Shown here: positions 1 to 9,895 of the stretch, in pieces
Numbering within the stretch: the stretch's first letter is position 1
How the letters are laid out: each line of letters opens with the position of its first letter
Assembly (NCBI RefSeq): GCF_036563385.1
Contig: NZ_DATCML010000015.1
Span: forward strand, 203,616-267,615
From: Phenylobacterium sp.
GTDB taxonomy: Bacteria > Pseudomonadota > Alphaproteobacteria > Caulobacterales > Caulobacteraceae
Length of the DNA stretch: 64,000 nt
Reading direction: 5' to 3'
Position numbers and translations under genes: made by a program
The notes under the pieces: model-generated
The model's database searches: none
What the model saw: the letters and a program-made list of their open reading frames with translations, nothing else
What the model was told of the DNA's origin: nothing

Positions 1-167
1 ACTTCCGCATCGCCGCCTACTGGGAAGCCGGCAAGGGCAGCGTCACCTCCTCCGACAAGCGCACCACCGTTCCCGGTTCGGCCGCGCCCCGCAAGCAAGA
101 GACCGTGGAGAGCGTCGACGACGCCCTGCGCGTCATGGCCCAGTTCCTCGTCGACGAGACCCGCTGA
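1..167 (+). CDS. 3-prime end of an ORF of unknown function directly upstream of sufC (partial, runs off the window)
   Basis: Open frame from window edge (codons from nt 3) reads FRIAAYWEAGKGSV...MAQFLVDETR with strong GC3 bias. Its TGA (165-167) overlaps the sufC ATG (167-169). The tail does not look like the SufB C-terminus as I recall it, so no name is given. Confidence 0.5.
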   Translation, partial: FRIAAYWEAGKGSVTSSDKRTTVPGSAAPRKQETVESVDDALRVMAQFLVDETR

Positions 168-913
168 TGCTTTCCATCCAGAACCTGCGCGCCTCCGTCG
201 AGGACAAGGAAATCATCAAGGGCCTGACCCTCGATGTCCCGGCCGGCGAGGTGCACGCCATCATGGGGCCGAACGGGGCGGGCAAGTCGACGCTGTCCTA
301 CGTCCTCACCGGCCGCCAGGGCTACGCGGTCAGCGAGGGAACCGCCAACCTAGACGGGGAGGACCTGCTGGCGCTGGAGCCGCACGAACGCGCGGCCAGG
401 GGCGTCTTCCTGTCCTTCCAGTACCCGCTGGAAATTCCGGGTGTCCCGGCGCTCACCTTCATTCGCACGGCCCTCAACGCCCAGCGCAAGGCGCGCGGGG
501 AGCCGGAGGTCACGGCGCCCGAGTTCCTGAAGCTCGCCCGCGCCAAGGCCGCCGAGCTCAAGATCGACTTCGACATGCTGAAGCGCCCGCTCAACGTCGG
601 CTTCTCGGGCGGTGAGAAGAAGCGGATGGAAATCCTTCAGATGGCGATGCTTTCGCCCCGCTTCTTGATCCTCGACGAGACCGACTCCGGCCTCGACATC
701 GACGCGCTCAAGATCGTCGCCGACGGGGTCAATGCGCTCCGCTCGCCCGAGCGCTCCATGCTGGTCATCACCCACTACCAGCGCCTGCTCGACTACATCA
801 AACCCGACCGGGTTCACGTGCTGGCGGCGGGCCGCATCGTCGCCTCCGGCGGGCCGGAGCTGGCGCTTCAGCTCGAGGCCGAAGGCTACGACAAGTACGC
901 GAGGGCCGCTTGA
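167..913 (+). CDS. sufC: Fe-S cluster assembly ATPase SufC
   Basis: 248 aa. Walker A GPNGAGKST, ABC signature FSGGEKKR and Walker B ILDETDSGLD. N-terminus MLSIQNLRASVEDKEIIKG is typical of SufC. Sits in a suf operon. Confidence 0.93.
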   Translation: MLSIQNLRASVEDKEIIKGLTLDVPAGEVHAIMGPNGAGKSTLSYVLTGRQGYAVSEGTANLDGEDLLALEPHERAARGVFLSFQYPLEIPGVPALTFIRTALNAQRKARGEPEVTAPEFLKLARAKAAELKIDFDMLKRPLNVGFSGGEKKRMEILQMAMLSPRFLILDETDSGLDIDALKIVADGVNALRSPERSMLVITHYQRLLDYIKPDRVHVLAAGRIVASGGPELALQLEAEGYDKYARAA

Positions 914-1935
914 GCCTCGCACTGGCCCTGAAGACGCGTGACGTCGCCGACCTGCCTGGCAAGCGGCAGGAGGACTGGCGCTGGACCGACCTGCGCGGCC
1001 TGGTCCGGGTGCTGCCCGAGCCCTCTGCGCCCGTGGACCGCGATCTGGGCGCCGGTCCCTTTGACGCCCTGGCCGAGCGCGTGCTCGTCATCGCCAACGG
1101 CCGCGACGATCAGGTGATCGAGGTTGCGGCCGGAGAGACGGCCTCGCTCGCCCTCCGGATCGTTTCGCGCGGCGACGGCGCCCACGCGGCCGGGGTGCGC
1201 ATCACGGTGGCGACCGGCGGTCGCCTGCGGCTCTTCGAGAGCTATGAGGGGCAGGGGAGCTATCTCGCCCAGACCTCGATCTCCGTCGAACTCGCCGAAG
1301 GTGCGGCCATGGAGCGGATCGTCCTCGCGGACGAGGACGCCGAGGCCGTCGCCGTCAGCCACGCCGAGGTGAGGCTCTCGCCCCATTCCGAGTACGGCCA
1401 AACGGTGGTCGCCACCGGCGCCCGCCGCCAGCGGCTGGAGACCCGCGTCACCCATCCGGGCGGCCACGCCATCCTGCGCCTCGACGGCGCCTACCTCCTG
1501 GCGGGCAAGCGCCACGCCGACCTGACCACCGTGGTCGCCCACGAGGGTCTGGACGGCGCGACCCAGCAGCTCACCAAGGGCGTGGTCCGCGACCAGGCCC
1601 GCGGCGTCTTCCAGGGCAAGATCGTGGTCGCCGAGGGCGCCGACCGCACGGACGCGCGGATGGGCCACCATGCCCTGATCCTCTCCGACCGCGCCGAGGT
1701 GGACGCCAAGCCCGAGCTCGAGATCTACGCCGACGACGTCTCCTGCGCCCACGGCAACACGGTGGGCGCCCTCGACGAGGACGCCCTGTTCTACGCCGAG
1801 CAGCGCGGCATCCCGACCGATGAGGCCCGGGCCATGCTGACCCAAGCCTTCGTGGCCGAGGTGGCCGACCGCATCTGGAACGAGCCGGCCCGCGAGCTGG
1901 TCGCCGCCGCCATCGCTGCGCGGCTGAGGGGGTAA
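910..1935 (+). CDS. sufD: Fe-S cluster assembly protein SufD
   Basis: 341 aa directly after sufC, with a TTG start overlapping the sufC stop. SufB/SufD-family C-terminal motifs (PELEIYADDVSCAHG, GALDEDALFY). The exact start is uncertain. Confidence 0.85.
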   Translation: MSLALALKTRDVADLPGKRQEDWRWTDLRGLVRVLPEPSAPVDRDLGAGPFDALAERVLVIANGRDDQVIEVAAGETASLALRIVSRGDGAHAAGVRITVATGGRLRLFESYEGQGSYLAQTSISVELAEGAAMERIVLADEDAEAVAVSHAEVRLSPHSEYGQTVVATGARRQRLETRVTHPGGHAILRLDGAYLLAGKRHADLTTVVAHEGLDGATQQLTKGVVRDQARGVFQGKIVVAEGADRTDARMGHHALILSDRAEVDAKPELEIYADDVSCAHGNTVGALDEDALFYAEQRGIPTDEARAMLTQAFVAEVADRIWNEPARELVAAAIAARLRG

Positions 1936-1937
1936 GC

Positions 1938-3152
1938 ATGGCCTTCGACGCCGAGGCGGTCCGCGCCGAGTTCCCGATCCTCCAGCGCCAGGTGCACGGC
2001 AAGCCTCTGGTCTACCTCGACAGCGCCGCCTCGGCCCAGAAGCCGCGGGCGGTGATCGAGGCCATGACCCGGGCGATGGAGCACTCCTACGCCAACGTCC
2101 ACCGCGGCCTGCATACCCTGGCCAACGAGACCACCGACGCCTACGAGGCGGCCCGCCGCAAGGCCGCCGCCTTCATCGGGGCCTCCGAGAACGAGGTGGT
2201 CTTCACCAAGGGCGGCACCGAGGCCGTCAACCTGGTCGCCGCCGGCCTCGGCGCCGACCTGCACGCCGGCGACGAGGTGGTGATCTCCGAGATGGAGCAC
2301 CACGCCAACATCGTCCCCTGGCACTTCCTGCGCGAACGCAAGGGCGTGGTGCTGAAGTGGGTGCGGGTGACCGACCAGGGCGACCTCGACCTCGAGCACT
2401 TCCAGAGCCTGCTGGGCCCGCGAACCAAGGTCGTGGCCCTCAGCCACATGTCCAACGTGCTCGGGACCATCAACCCGGCCCAGGAGCTGGCGCGCATGGC
2501 CCATGAAGCGGGCGCCATCGTGCTGTTCGACGGCTGCCAGGCGATCGTCCACAAGCCGATCGACGTGAAGGCGATCGACGCCGACTTCTACGTCTTCTCC
2601 GGCCACAAACTCTATGGCCCCACCGGCATCGGCATTCTGTACGGCAAGGCCGACAGGCTCGCGGCCCTGCCGCCCTACCAGGGCGGCGGCGAGATGATCG
2701 GCACGGTCGCCATGGACGCCATCACCTACGCCGACCCGCCGCACCGCTTCGAGGCCGGCACCCCGCCGATCCTCGAGGCTATCGGCCTGGGCGCGGCCCT
2801 GGACTGGCTCTCCGGCCTCGACCGGGTGGCGGTCGCCGCGCACGAGAAGGCGCTCTACGACCGGGTCCGCGACGGCCTGGCCGGCGCCAACTGGCTGAAG
2901 ATCATCGGCGACACGCCCGACAAGGGCGCCATCCTCTCGTTCACGGTGGAGGGCGCTCACGCCCACGACGTGGCCCAGATCCTCGACCGCTACGGGGTGG
3001 CCGTCCGCGCCGGGACCCATTGCGCCGAGCCGCTGATGAAGCGCTTTGGCGTCACGTCGAGCGCTCGGGCCTCCTTCGCCCTATATAACACCCAGGACGA
3101 GGCGGACGCCTTCGTCCAGGCCCTGACCAAGGCTCAGGCCTTCTTCGCTTAA
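1938..3152 (+). CDS. sufS: Cysteine desulfurase SufS (class V aminotransferase, PLP-dependent)
   Basis: 404 aa. FSGHKLYGPTGIGILYG contains the PLP-lysine motif, RAGTHCAEP contains the catalytic Cys loop, and FPIL...VYLDSAA is a SufS-type N-terminus. Confidence 0.92.
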   Translation: MAFDAEAVRAEFPILQRQVHGKPLVYLDSAASAQKPRAVIEAMTRAMEHSYANVHRGLHTLANETTDAYEAARRKAAAFIGASENEVVFTKGGTEAVNLVAAGLGADLHAGDEVVISEMEHHANIVPWHFLRERKGVVLKWVRVTDQGDLDLEHFQSLLGPRTKVVALSHMSNVLGTINPAQELARMAHEAGAIVLFDGCQAIVHKPIDVKAIDADFYVFSGHKLYGPTGIGILYGKADRLAALPPYQGGGEMIGTVAMDAITYADPPHRFEAGTPPILEAIGLGAALDWLSGLDRVAVAAHEKALYDRVRDGLAGANWLKIIGDTPDKGAILSFTVEGAHAHDVAQILDRYGVAVRAGTHCAEPLMKRFGVTSSARASFALYNTQDEADAFVQALTKAQAFFA

Positions 3153-3524
3153 GTGATGGACATGGACGACGCCGCATCCCTGGATCCGAAGACGACGACC
3201 CCGCTGACCCAGGCGGAGCTCGACGTCCTGACGGACCAGCTCATCGACAAGCTCAAGACGGTGTACGACCCGGAGATCCCGGTCGACATCTACGAGCTCG
3301 GCCTGATCTATAAGGTCGACGTCTCCGACGACAAGGACGTGGTCATCGACATGACCCTGACGGCGCCCGGCTGCCCGGTGGCCGGCGACATGCCCGGCTG
3401 GGTCGAGGACGCGGTGAAGGAGATCCCCGAGATCCGCTCGTGCAAGGTCGAGCTGGTGTTCGATCCGCCGTGGGACCCGTCGCGGATGTCCGACGAGGCC
3501 AAGCTGCAGCTGAACATGTTCTGA
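3153..3524 (+). CDS. DUF59/MIP18-family Fe-S assembly protein (SufT-like)
   Basis: 123 aa. YDPEIPVDIYELGLIY and TLTAPGCPVAG are hallmark DUF59 motifs. Start is GTG 3153 or ATG 3156. Located inside the suf operon. Confidence 0.85.
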   Translation: MMDMDDAASLDPKTTTPLTQAELDVLTDQLIDKLKTVYDPEIPVDIYELGLIYKVDVSDDKDVVIDMTLTAPGCPVAGDMPGWVEDAVKEIPEIRSCKVELVFDPPWDPSRMSDEAKLQLNMF

Positions 3525-3919
3525 TGGCCGAGCTCTCCGTCACCCCCCAACCCCGCGCCCGCCGCCCCCGGCCCAAGGTGGTCAGCCTGACCGACCGCGC
3601 CGCCGAACGCGTCCGCGAGATCATGGCCAAGGCCGAGCAGCCGTACGTCGGCCTGCGCGTGGGCGTGAAGAACGGCGGCTGCGCCGGCCAGGAGTACGTC
3701 CTGCAGTACGCCGAGGCGGCCAACCCCATGGACGAAGTGGTCGAGGACAAGGGCGTCACCATCCTGGTGGAGCCCAAGGCCGTGCTGTTCCTGATCGGCA
3801 CGGAGATCGACTACGAGGTGAACAAGCTCTCGGCCAAGTTCGTGTTCCGGAACCCCAACGAAACCGACGCGTGCGGCTGCGGCGAGAGCGTCACCATCCA
3901 GCCCGCCACGGACATCTGA
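3524..3919 (+). CDS. Iron-sulfur cluster insertion protein, IscA/SufA/ErpA (HesB) family
   Basis: ATG 3524 overlaps the preceding TGA (TGATG). The C-terminal NPNETDACGCGESV is the HesB/IscA Cys motif, and GCAGQEY supplies the first Cys. The longer 3440 start lies inside the upstream gene and was rejected. Confidence 0.88.
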   Translation: MAELSVTPQPRARRPRPKVVSLTDRAAERVREIMAKAEQPYVGLRVGVKNGGCAGQEYVLQYAEAANPMDEVVEDKGVTILVEPKAVLFLIGTEIDYEVNKLSAKFVFRNPNETDACGCGESVTIQPATDI

Positions 3920-3931
3920 CGGAGCCCGGAG

Positions 3932-4201
3932 ATGGACGACGACCTCCTGACCATGAGCCGCGAAGCCCTCGTGGAGGAGGTCGGCAAGCTCCGCGCCGCC
4001 ATCCGCGCTCACCGGGACGCCACCCTCCACGAGCTCTGCTGGCATCATCCGCAGCTCTGGGGGCTGCTTCCCGAAAAGACGGACCCGCAGCCGGAGGTCC
4101 CCGCCTGGCCCCAGTTCATGCGCGGCTGCATCCGCTACCGTCAGTCGCTTGATGAGCAGGCCCCCGCGGCCCCGCGCACGGACGCCGAGTTCCAGGGCTG
4201 A
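3932..4201 (+). CDS. Hypothetical protein (89 aa)
   Basis: ORF with high GC3 and GGAG upstream of the ATG. No motif recognised. Confidence 0.5.
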   Translation: MDDDLLTMSREALVEEVGKLRAAIRAHRDATLHELCWHHPQLWGLLPEKTDPQPEVPAWPQFMRGCIRYRQSLDEQAPAAPRTDAEFQG

Positions 4202-4238
4202 AGACCCGTGTTATGTTGTCGGTCCGAGGGAGGGACCG

Positions 4239-4511
4239 ATGACCGACGATACGACCCTGCGCCGCCAGGCCGAGCGGCGCGCCGACATGAAGCTCGCGTT
4301 CCGCAGCCACCTGGCCGCCTATCTCATCGTCAACGCGGGGCTGTTCGCCATCGACTGGGCCACGTCGCCTGGCATCGATTGGGCGTTCTGGCCAGCCATC
4401 GGCTGGGGCATCGGGCTGGCGGCCCACGCCTCGGCGACGTTCGGCTACCTGGGCGACACCCGCGAGCGGCTGGTCCAGCAGGAGCTGCAGCGGCTGCGCG
4501 AGCGCCGCTGA
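4239..4511 (+). CDS. 2TM-domain membrane protein
   Basis: Internal ATG 4239 is preceded by GAGGGAGGGA. LAAYLIVNAGLFAIDW...WAFWPAIGWGIGLAAHA matches the 2TM-domain pattern as I recall it, with two predicted TM helices. Confidence 0.65.
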   Translation: MTDDTTLRRQAERRADMKLAFRSHLAAYLIVNAGLFAIDWATSPGIDWAFWPAIGWGIGLAAHASATFGYLGDTRERLVQQELQRLRERR

Positions 4512-4521
4512 GCCCCGGGGC

Positions 4522-5328
4522 CTAGCGGCCCTTGAACTCGGCCTGCCGCTTCTGGACGAAGGCCATGACGCCCTCGCGGGAGTCTTCCGTCCGGCCGGCC
4601 TCGCCCTGGCCGTAGGCCTCGGCTTCGAGTTGCAGGTGCCATGGCGCGTCCAGCGCGTCCCACACCAGGTTGCGCGTCAGGCCCAGCGAGGCGGGGCCGT
4701 CGGCCAGCGCGCGCGCGTAGGTCATGGCCGCGCCCATCAGCTCGGCGTCGGGCACGCACTTGTTGATCAGGCCCCATTCCTGAGCGGTCTTCGCCGGCAG
4801 CTTCTCGCCCAGCAGCATCAGCTCCATGGCGCGCGCCTTGCCGATGTGGCGCGGCAGCAGCCAGGTGGCGCCGCCGTCGGGCACCAGGCCGATGCGTCGG
4901 AAGGCCAGCAGGAAATAGGCGCTCTCGGCCGCCACGATCAGGTCGCCCATCAGAGCCAGCGACACGCCGACCCCGGCCGCCACGCCGTTCACCGCCGAGA
5001 CGATCGGCTTGGGCGACCTGCGGACCAGCGAGACGAACGGGTTGTAGGTGGAAAGCAGCGCCTCGTTCGGGCCGTTGACGCTGGCCTTCGACGGCGCGCG
5101 GCCGCCGCCGCTCGTCAGGTTGGCCCCCGAGCAGAAGCCGCGGCCTTCGCCGGTGATCACGATGGCGCGCACCTCGTCGCCGTAGGCGAACTCCTCGAAG
5201 GCCGCCCGCAGTTCCCCCATCAGGTCGAGCCCGGCCGCGTTGAGCGTGCCGGGATCGGAAAGCGTGATGACGCCGATCTTGTCCTCGACCGAGGTCTTCA
5301 CCTTGGCTTGCGCCTGCCCGCCGTCCAT
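4522..5328 (-). CDS. Enoyl-CoA hydratase/isomerase (crotonase) family protein
   Basis: Crotonase-fold motifs ITGEGRGFCSGANL and AVNGVAAGVGVSLAL. ATG at 5328 is preceded by AGGAGG. Confidence 0.85.
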   Translation of the reverse strand: MDGGQAQAKVKTSVEDKIGVITLSDPGTLNAAGLDLMGELRAAFEEFAYGDEVRAIVITGEGRGFCSGANLTSGGGRAPSKASVNGPNEALLSTYNPFVSLVRRSPKPIVSAVNGVAAGVGVSLALMGDLIVAAESAYFLLAFRRIGLVPDGGATWLLPRHIGKARAMELMLLGEKLPAKTAQEWGLINKCVPDAELMGAAMTYARALADGPASLGLTRNLVWDALDAPWHLQLEAEAYGQGEAGRTEDSREGVMAFVQKRQAEFKGR

Positions 5329-5503
5329 CGGGATCCTCCTGCCAGCTCGTCTGGGGATTGGAGGCACGATACCCCGGCGTCAGCCTAGCGGAAAATGGCC
5401 CGGGGGCGGGCGGGGGCTCCAAGGCGGCGTCAAACCCGTTGAGGCGGTTGGGGAAACTCGTTAAGCGCAGCCTCCGGGGGGTGCGAAGCTGGAGAGGCGA
5501 CGC

Positions 5504-8500
5504 ATGGGAACCCCTGTTCAGACCGAGCCTTCGGCCGAGTTCGAGCGGCGGGTGGACCAGTTACTGGACGGTCTGCCGTTCCCGGTGTTCCGCACGGACC
5601 TCCAGGGCGTCACCCGCCACGCCAATGCCGCGGCCGAGGCGCTGTTCCAGCTCGGCCGCTCCACCTTCGAGGGCCGACCCTACGACCAGCCGCCGATCGA
5701 GGTGAGCCAGGTGGACGGCTCGCCCATCGAGTTCGCCGACACCCCCGTGCCCAAAGCCCTGCGCGGGCAGGAAGTCCGCGACTTCGAGATCAATGTGCGG
5801 ATCGGCGGTGGCGAGCTGAAGCGGATCTGCTTCGACGGCTCGCCCCTTCGGGACCCCCAGGGACGAATCGCCGGCGCCCTTGTGGCGGCCCGGGACGTGA
5901 CCGCCCAGCGCGCCGCCGAGGACGCGCTGAAGATGAGCGAGCGGCGGCTGAACGCCGTCTTCGACAACACCCGCATGGCGGTCTTCCTGATGGATGAACG
6001 CCAGCATTGCGTCTACGCCAACTCCGCCGCCGAGGCCCTGACGGGTTACAGCTTCTCGGAGATGCAGGGGCGGCCCCTGCACGACGTGGTCCACCACACC
6101 CGGCCCGACGGGCGTCCATACCCGCTCGAGGAGTGCCCCATCGACCGGGCGTTCCCTGAGGACAACCAGACCGAAGGCGAGGAGATCTTCGTCCACGCGG
6201 ACGGCAGCTTCTATCCCGTGGCCTTCACCGCCTCGCCCCTGCGCGACGAGGCTTCCAAGACCGTCGGCACGGTGATCGAGGTGCGGCCGATCGCCGACGA
6301 GCGGACCCGCGAGCGCCAGCTGCGGGAGGGCCGCGAATTCCTGCGCGAGCTGCTCAACAGCACGGGCGAGGCCTTCTATGCGGTCGACCGGGACGGCGTC
6401 ACCACTCTGGTCAACCCCGCCTTCCTGCAGCTGCTGGGCTTCGCCGACGAGAGCCAGGCCCTGGGTCGAAAGCTCCACGGGATCATCCACCACACGCACG
6501 CCGACGGCCGCCACTACGAGGCCGAGGACTGCCCCATCTACAAGGCGGCCAACGAGGGCGTTCCGGCGCACGTCGAGGGCGAGCTGTTCTACCGTCTCGA
6601 CGGCTCGGCGGTCCCGGTGGAGTACCGCGCCCAGCCCATCGTGGTCGGCGGCGAGCTGCGCGGCGCGATCTGCACGTTCTTCGACATCTCCGACCGGCTG
6701 GCCGCCCAGCGCGAGATCGAGGAGAAGACCGCCGCGCTCGAGGAACAGACCCGCGCCCTGCGGGTCCTGAACGCCGCCTCGGCCGCCATCTCCGGCGACC
6801 TCGATCTCGAACGGGTCGTGCAGACCGTCACCGACGCGGCCGTGGAGCTGACGGGCGCCGAGTTCGGCGCCTTCTTCTACAATGTCCTCGACGAGGCCGG
6901 CGGGCGCTACACGCTCTATACGATCTCCGGGGTGCCCCGGGAGGCGTTCTCCAAGTTCCCCATGCCGCGCAACACCGCGGTCTTCCAGCCGACGTTCGAA
7001 GGCACGGGGGTCATGCGCTCGGACGACATCACCAAGGATCCCCGCTACGGCCACTCGGCGCCGCACCACGGCATGCCGGCCGGCCACCTGCCGGTGCGCA
7101 GCTACCTCGCCGTCCCGGTGAGGTCGCGCGACGGGGAGGTTCTGGGCGGCCTCTTCTTCGGCCACTCCCAGCCCGGCATGTTCAGCGCCCTCGACGAGGA
7201 ACGCATCGTCGGCCTGGCCGGCCAGGCGGCCATCGCCATCGACAACGCCCGGCTCTTCCAGGCCTCGCAGTGGGAGCTGGAGGCCCGTCGCCGCGCGGAG
7301 GCCGACCTGCAGGCCCTGAACGCCCGCCTCGAGGAGCGCGTCGCCTCGGAGGTGGCCGAGCGGACCAAGGCCGAGGCCGCCCTGCGCCAGGCCCAGAAGA
7401 TGGAAGCCATCGGCCAGCTCACCGGCGGGGTGGCGCACGACTTCAACAACCTGCTCACCGTGATCATGGGCGGCCTGGACACCATCCGCCGCAGCGCGCC
7501 CGAGGACGTGGCCCGCATCCGCCGCGCGGTGGACATGGCCACCAAGGGCGCCGAACGGGCCGCCAGCCTGACCAGCCGCCTGCTGGCCTTCTCCCGCCGC
7601 CAGCCGCTCGCGCCCAAGCCCCTCGAGCTGAACGCCGTCGTGCGCGACATGACCGACCTGCTGCACCGGACGCTCGGCGAGCAGATCGAGCTGGAGGGGG
7701 TGCTGGCGCCGCGCCTCTGGCAGGTGGAGGTGGACCAGAACCAGCTCGAAAGCGCGATCCTGAACCTGGCCGTCAACGCGCGCGACGCCATGCCGGATGG
7801 CGGCAAGCTGACGATCGAGACGGCCAACACCGCCCTCGACGAGACCTACGCCGCCTTGGACGCCGAGGTGGTGCCGGGCCAGTACGCCGTCATCAGCGTC
7901 AGCGACACCGGCTGTGGCATGGACAAGGCGACCCTCGCCAAGGTCTTCGAGCCGTTCTTCACCACCAAGGAGGTGGGCCGCGGCACCGGCCTGGGCCTCA
8001 GCATGGTCTACGGCTTCGTGAAGCAGTCCGGCGGCCACGTCACCCTCTACAGCGAGGAAGGGCAGGGGACGACCGTTAAGCTCTACTTCCCCCGCTTCAA
8101 GGGCGCCGCCGCCGTCGACGAGCGGCCGGCCGTCGCCGAGACGCCTCGGGCCAGCAAGGGGGAGGTCGTGCTGCTCGTCGAGGATAACGAGGACGTCCGC
8201 GCCTACAGCGCCCTGATCCTCACGGAGCTGGGCTACGTGGTGCGCGAAGCCGGCGACGCCGACGCCGCTCTGCAGGTCCTTAGGTCGCCGCAGCGCATCG
8301 ACCTGCTGTTCACCGACGTCGTGCTGCCGGGCGACAGCGGCCGGGTCCTCGCCGACGAGGCGAGCCGACTGCGGCCCGGCCTGAAGGTCCTCTACACCAC
8401 CGGCTACTCGCGCAACGCCATCGTCCATCACGGGCGGCTGGACGCCGGCGTCGAGCTGATCAGCAAGCCCTTCACCTTCGAGCAGCTGGCGGTGAGGGTC

Positions 8501-8545
8501 CGCGACCTCCTCGATCGCCCGGCGGCCGCGCGGCCGCCCAGCTAG
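5504..8545 (+). CDS. Hybrid sensor histidine kinase/response regulator with multiple PAS domains and a GAF domain
   Basis: 1013 aa. Three PAS-like repeats (for example [17 protein letters not shown] and [17 protein letters not shown]). A GAF-like segment. H-box [15 protein letters not shown]-box [12 protein letters not shown]-boxes DTGCGM and [12 protein letters not shown]-terminal receiver [10 protein letters not shown]...[11 protein letters not shown]...ISKPF. Confidence 0.9.
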   Translation: MGTPVQTEPSAEFERRVDQLLDGLPFPVFRTDLQGVTRHANAAAEALFQLGRSTFEGRPYDQPPIEVSQVDGSPIEFADTPVPKALRGQEVRDFEINVRIGGGELKRICFDGSPLRDPQGRIAGALVAARDVTAQRAAEDALKMSERRLNAVFDNTRMAVFLMDERQHCVYANSAAEALTGYSFSEMQGRPLHDVVHHTRPDGRPYPLEECPIDRAFPEDNQTEGEEIFVHADGSFYPVAFTASPLRDEASKTVGTVIEVRPIADERTRERQLREGREFLRELLNSTGEAFYAVDRDGVTTLVNPAFLQLLGFADESQALGRKLHGIIHHTHADGRHYEAEDCPIYKAANEGVPAHVEGELFYRLDGSAVPVEYRAQPIVVGGELRGAICTFFDISDRLAAQREIEEKTAALEEQTRALRVLNAASAAISGDLDLERVVQTVTDAAVELTGAEFGAFFYNVLDEAGGRYTLYTISGVPREAFSKFPMPRNTAVFQPTFEGTGVMRSDDITKDPRYGHSAPHHGMPAGHLPVRSYLAVPVRSRDGEVLGGLFFGHSQPGMFSALDEERIVGLAGQAAIAIDNARLFQASQWELEARRRAEADLQALNARLEERVASEVAERTKAEAALRQAQKMEAIGQLTGGVAHDFNNLLTVIMGGLDTIRRSAPEDVARIRRAVDMATKGAERAASLTSRLLAFSRRQPLAPKPLELNAVVRDMTDLLHRTLGEQIELEGVLAPRLWQVEVDQNQLESAILNLAVNARDAMPDGGKLTIETANTALDETYAALDAEVVPGQYAVISVSDTGCGMDKATLAKVFEPFFTTKEVGRGTGLGLSMVYGFVKQSGGHVTLYSEEGQGTTVKLYFPRFKGAAAVDERPAVAETPRASKGEVVLLVEDNEDVRAYSALILTELGYVVREAGDADAALQVLRSPQRIDLLFTDVVLPGDSGRVLADEASRLRPGLKVLYTTGYSRNAIVHHGRLDAGVELISKPFTFEQLAVRVRDLLDRPAAARPPS

Positions 8546-9267
8546 GCGCCGTCCGCCGCGCGGCCCGCGGGCTGCGCGCCCAGCCAGCGGAAGGCGCTAC
8601 GCAGGAAGGCGGCGCCGTCCGCCTGCACGGGCGCCCCGTGGGCCATCACCACCTTCTCGGCGGGCCAGTCGAGGATACGCGCCAGCGAGTCCCGCGCCGC
8701 ACGCCGGCGCACGAAGCCGGTCCGGAATTTCCGCGGGACCTGCGGCTCCGCAGCGGTCATCAGGTCCAGCCCCGCGACCAACGCCCGCCAGCCGCGGAAC
8801 CAGCCGCCGGGGAAATGCTGGATCAGGTCGGTGAACAGCACCGTGCGGCTGCGCCGGTGGAAGAACACCACCTCCGTGGTGATCAGGTTGCCGTGCACCG
8901 GAGCCTGGTCGATCTCGTCCGCCCAGTCGGGCGGCGCCGTCTCCCCGAGGTCGCCGTCGAACGCGAGGTCCGGTCGCTTGCCGCGCAGCCCGGGCGCGGC
9001 CCACAGCGCCGCCGCGGGGTAGGCCGCCTTCCACTCGGCGAGGAACAGGTGGTGCAGCGAATTGGGGGCGGCGAGCCAGCGCACGTCGCCCAGCGCCTCC
9101 ACCTCAACCCGCAGCGCCGCGTCCAGCGCGACCGGCGACCAGACGAACAGCCGCCGCCCGCCGAGCCGGATCACCGCCATCCGGGTGGGATAGGCGAACC
9201 CCGCCACCGCCGCCTGCGGCCCGTCCGCCAGCCAGATTTCCTCGCCGAACGGCTGAAGCCTCGCCAT
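8542..9267 (-). CDS. DUF4336-like (metallo-beta-lactamase-fold-like) protein
   Basis: Starts at MARLQPFGEEIWLADGP (ATG 9267). LAAPNSLHHLF...YPAA..WAAPGL resembles the DUF4336 pattern from memory. The 387-aa extension in the ORF track is low-complexity Ala/Arg sequence and was rejected. Confidence 0.6.
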   Translation of the reverse strand: MARLQPFGEEIWLADGPQAAVAGFAYPTRMAVIRLGGRRLFVWSPVALDAALRVEVEALGDVRWLAAPNSLHHLFLAEWKAAYPAAALWAAPGLRGKRPDLAFDGDLGETAPPDWADEIDQAPVHGNLITTEVVFFHRRSRTVLFTDLIQHFPGGWFRGWRALVAGLDLMTAAEPQVPRKFRTGFVRRRAARDSLARILDWPAEKVVMAHGAPVQADGAAFLRSAFRWLGAQPAGRAADGA

Positions 9268-9421
9268 CTGCGCCCCCCAGAACCCGGCCAGCATGAGCGC
9301 GCCAGCCCCGCTTGGGAAGTCGGCCGGGGCCCGGCCCCACGCCCTCGCCCTTACCTCCGCGGTAATCGACCGGCCTCCGCCGCCGCCCGATGCTCGCGCC
9401 ATCAGCCACGGAGGACTTCCC

Positions 9422-9820
9422 ATGACCACCCCCGCCGACCTCGCCTTCGCCCGCCGCGTTCTGGCCGTCGACGCCCTGACGTGCGCCGCCGCCGGCGCCC
9501 TGATGGCCGGCGCCGCCGGACCGCTCTCCGGGATCACGGCGCTGCCCGCGCCGCTGCTGCTCGCCGCCGGCGCCAGCCTCTTCCCCGTGGCGGCCCTGTT
9601 CGCCTGGATGTCCCGCACGCGCCGGCTCGGCGCGTTCCATGTCCGGGTGGCGGTGCTCGGCAACGCCGCCTGGGTGGCCGCAAGCCTCGCCGTCCTGGCC
9701 CTCACGCAACCGAACCCGCTGGGCTACGCCTTCGTCCTGGGCCAGGCCGGAGCCGTCACGGTGCTCGCGCTCGTGGAGGCCGCCGCCCTGCGCCGCCCCC
9801 GCGCGCCGGCGCTCGCCTGA
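9422..9820 (+). CDS. Hypothetical integral membrane protein
   Basis: ATG 9422 is preceded by GGAGGA. Several hydrophobic helices. No family motif recognised. Confidence 0.5.
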   Translation: MTTPADLAFARRVLAVDALTCAAAGALMAGAAGPLSGITALPAPLLLAAGASLFPVAALFAWMSRTRRLGAFHVRVAVLGNAAWVAASLAVLALTQPNPLGYAFVLGQAGAVTVLALVEAAALRRPRAPALA

Positions 9821-9895
9821 CCTCCACGGCGCCGGCTGGACGGTGCGCTCCCCAGCGGCGCTCAAGCCTGGGCGCGCGGGCGCACCGGCCAGCCT

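Noticed and set aside
1-167. Calling the partial first ORF sufB.
   Set aside because: The C-terminal residues (…ALRVMAQFLVDETR) do not resemble the SufB terminus as I recall it. The position fits sufB but the sequence gives no support, so it is left unnamed.
5561-8431. 956-aa minus-strand ORF antisense to the hybrid histidine kinase. Similar very long antisense or out-of-frame ORFs occur at 12908-15520 (+), 29036-31906 (-), 51428-53836 (-), 53407-55755 (+), 53912-56236 (-) and 886-1845 (-).
   Set aside because: These are typical shadow ORFs of high-GC DNA. Their translations are Arg/Ala/Gly/Pro-rich low complexity with no motifs. The opposite or alternate frame carries unmistakable domain signatures and proper GC3 bias.
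8542-9705. Full 387-aa version of the DUF4336-like ORF, and likewise the long N-terminal extensions of ORFs 26165-26980, 3440-3919, 33625-34128, 42224-42943, 51026-53605 and 60611-62038.
   Set aside because: The extensions are low-complexity, lack ribosome-binding sites, and/or overlap neighbouring genes. Internal ATG or GTG codons with SD-like sequences give N-termini typical of the respective families.
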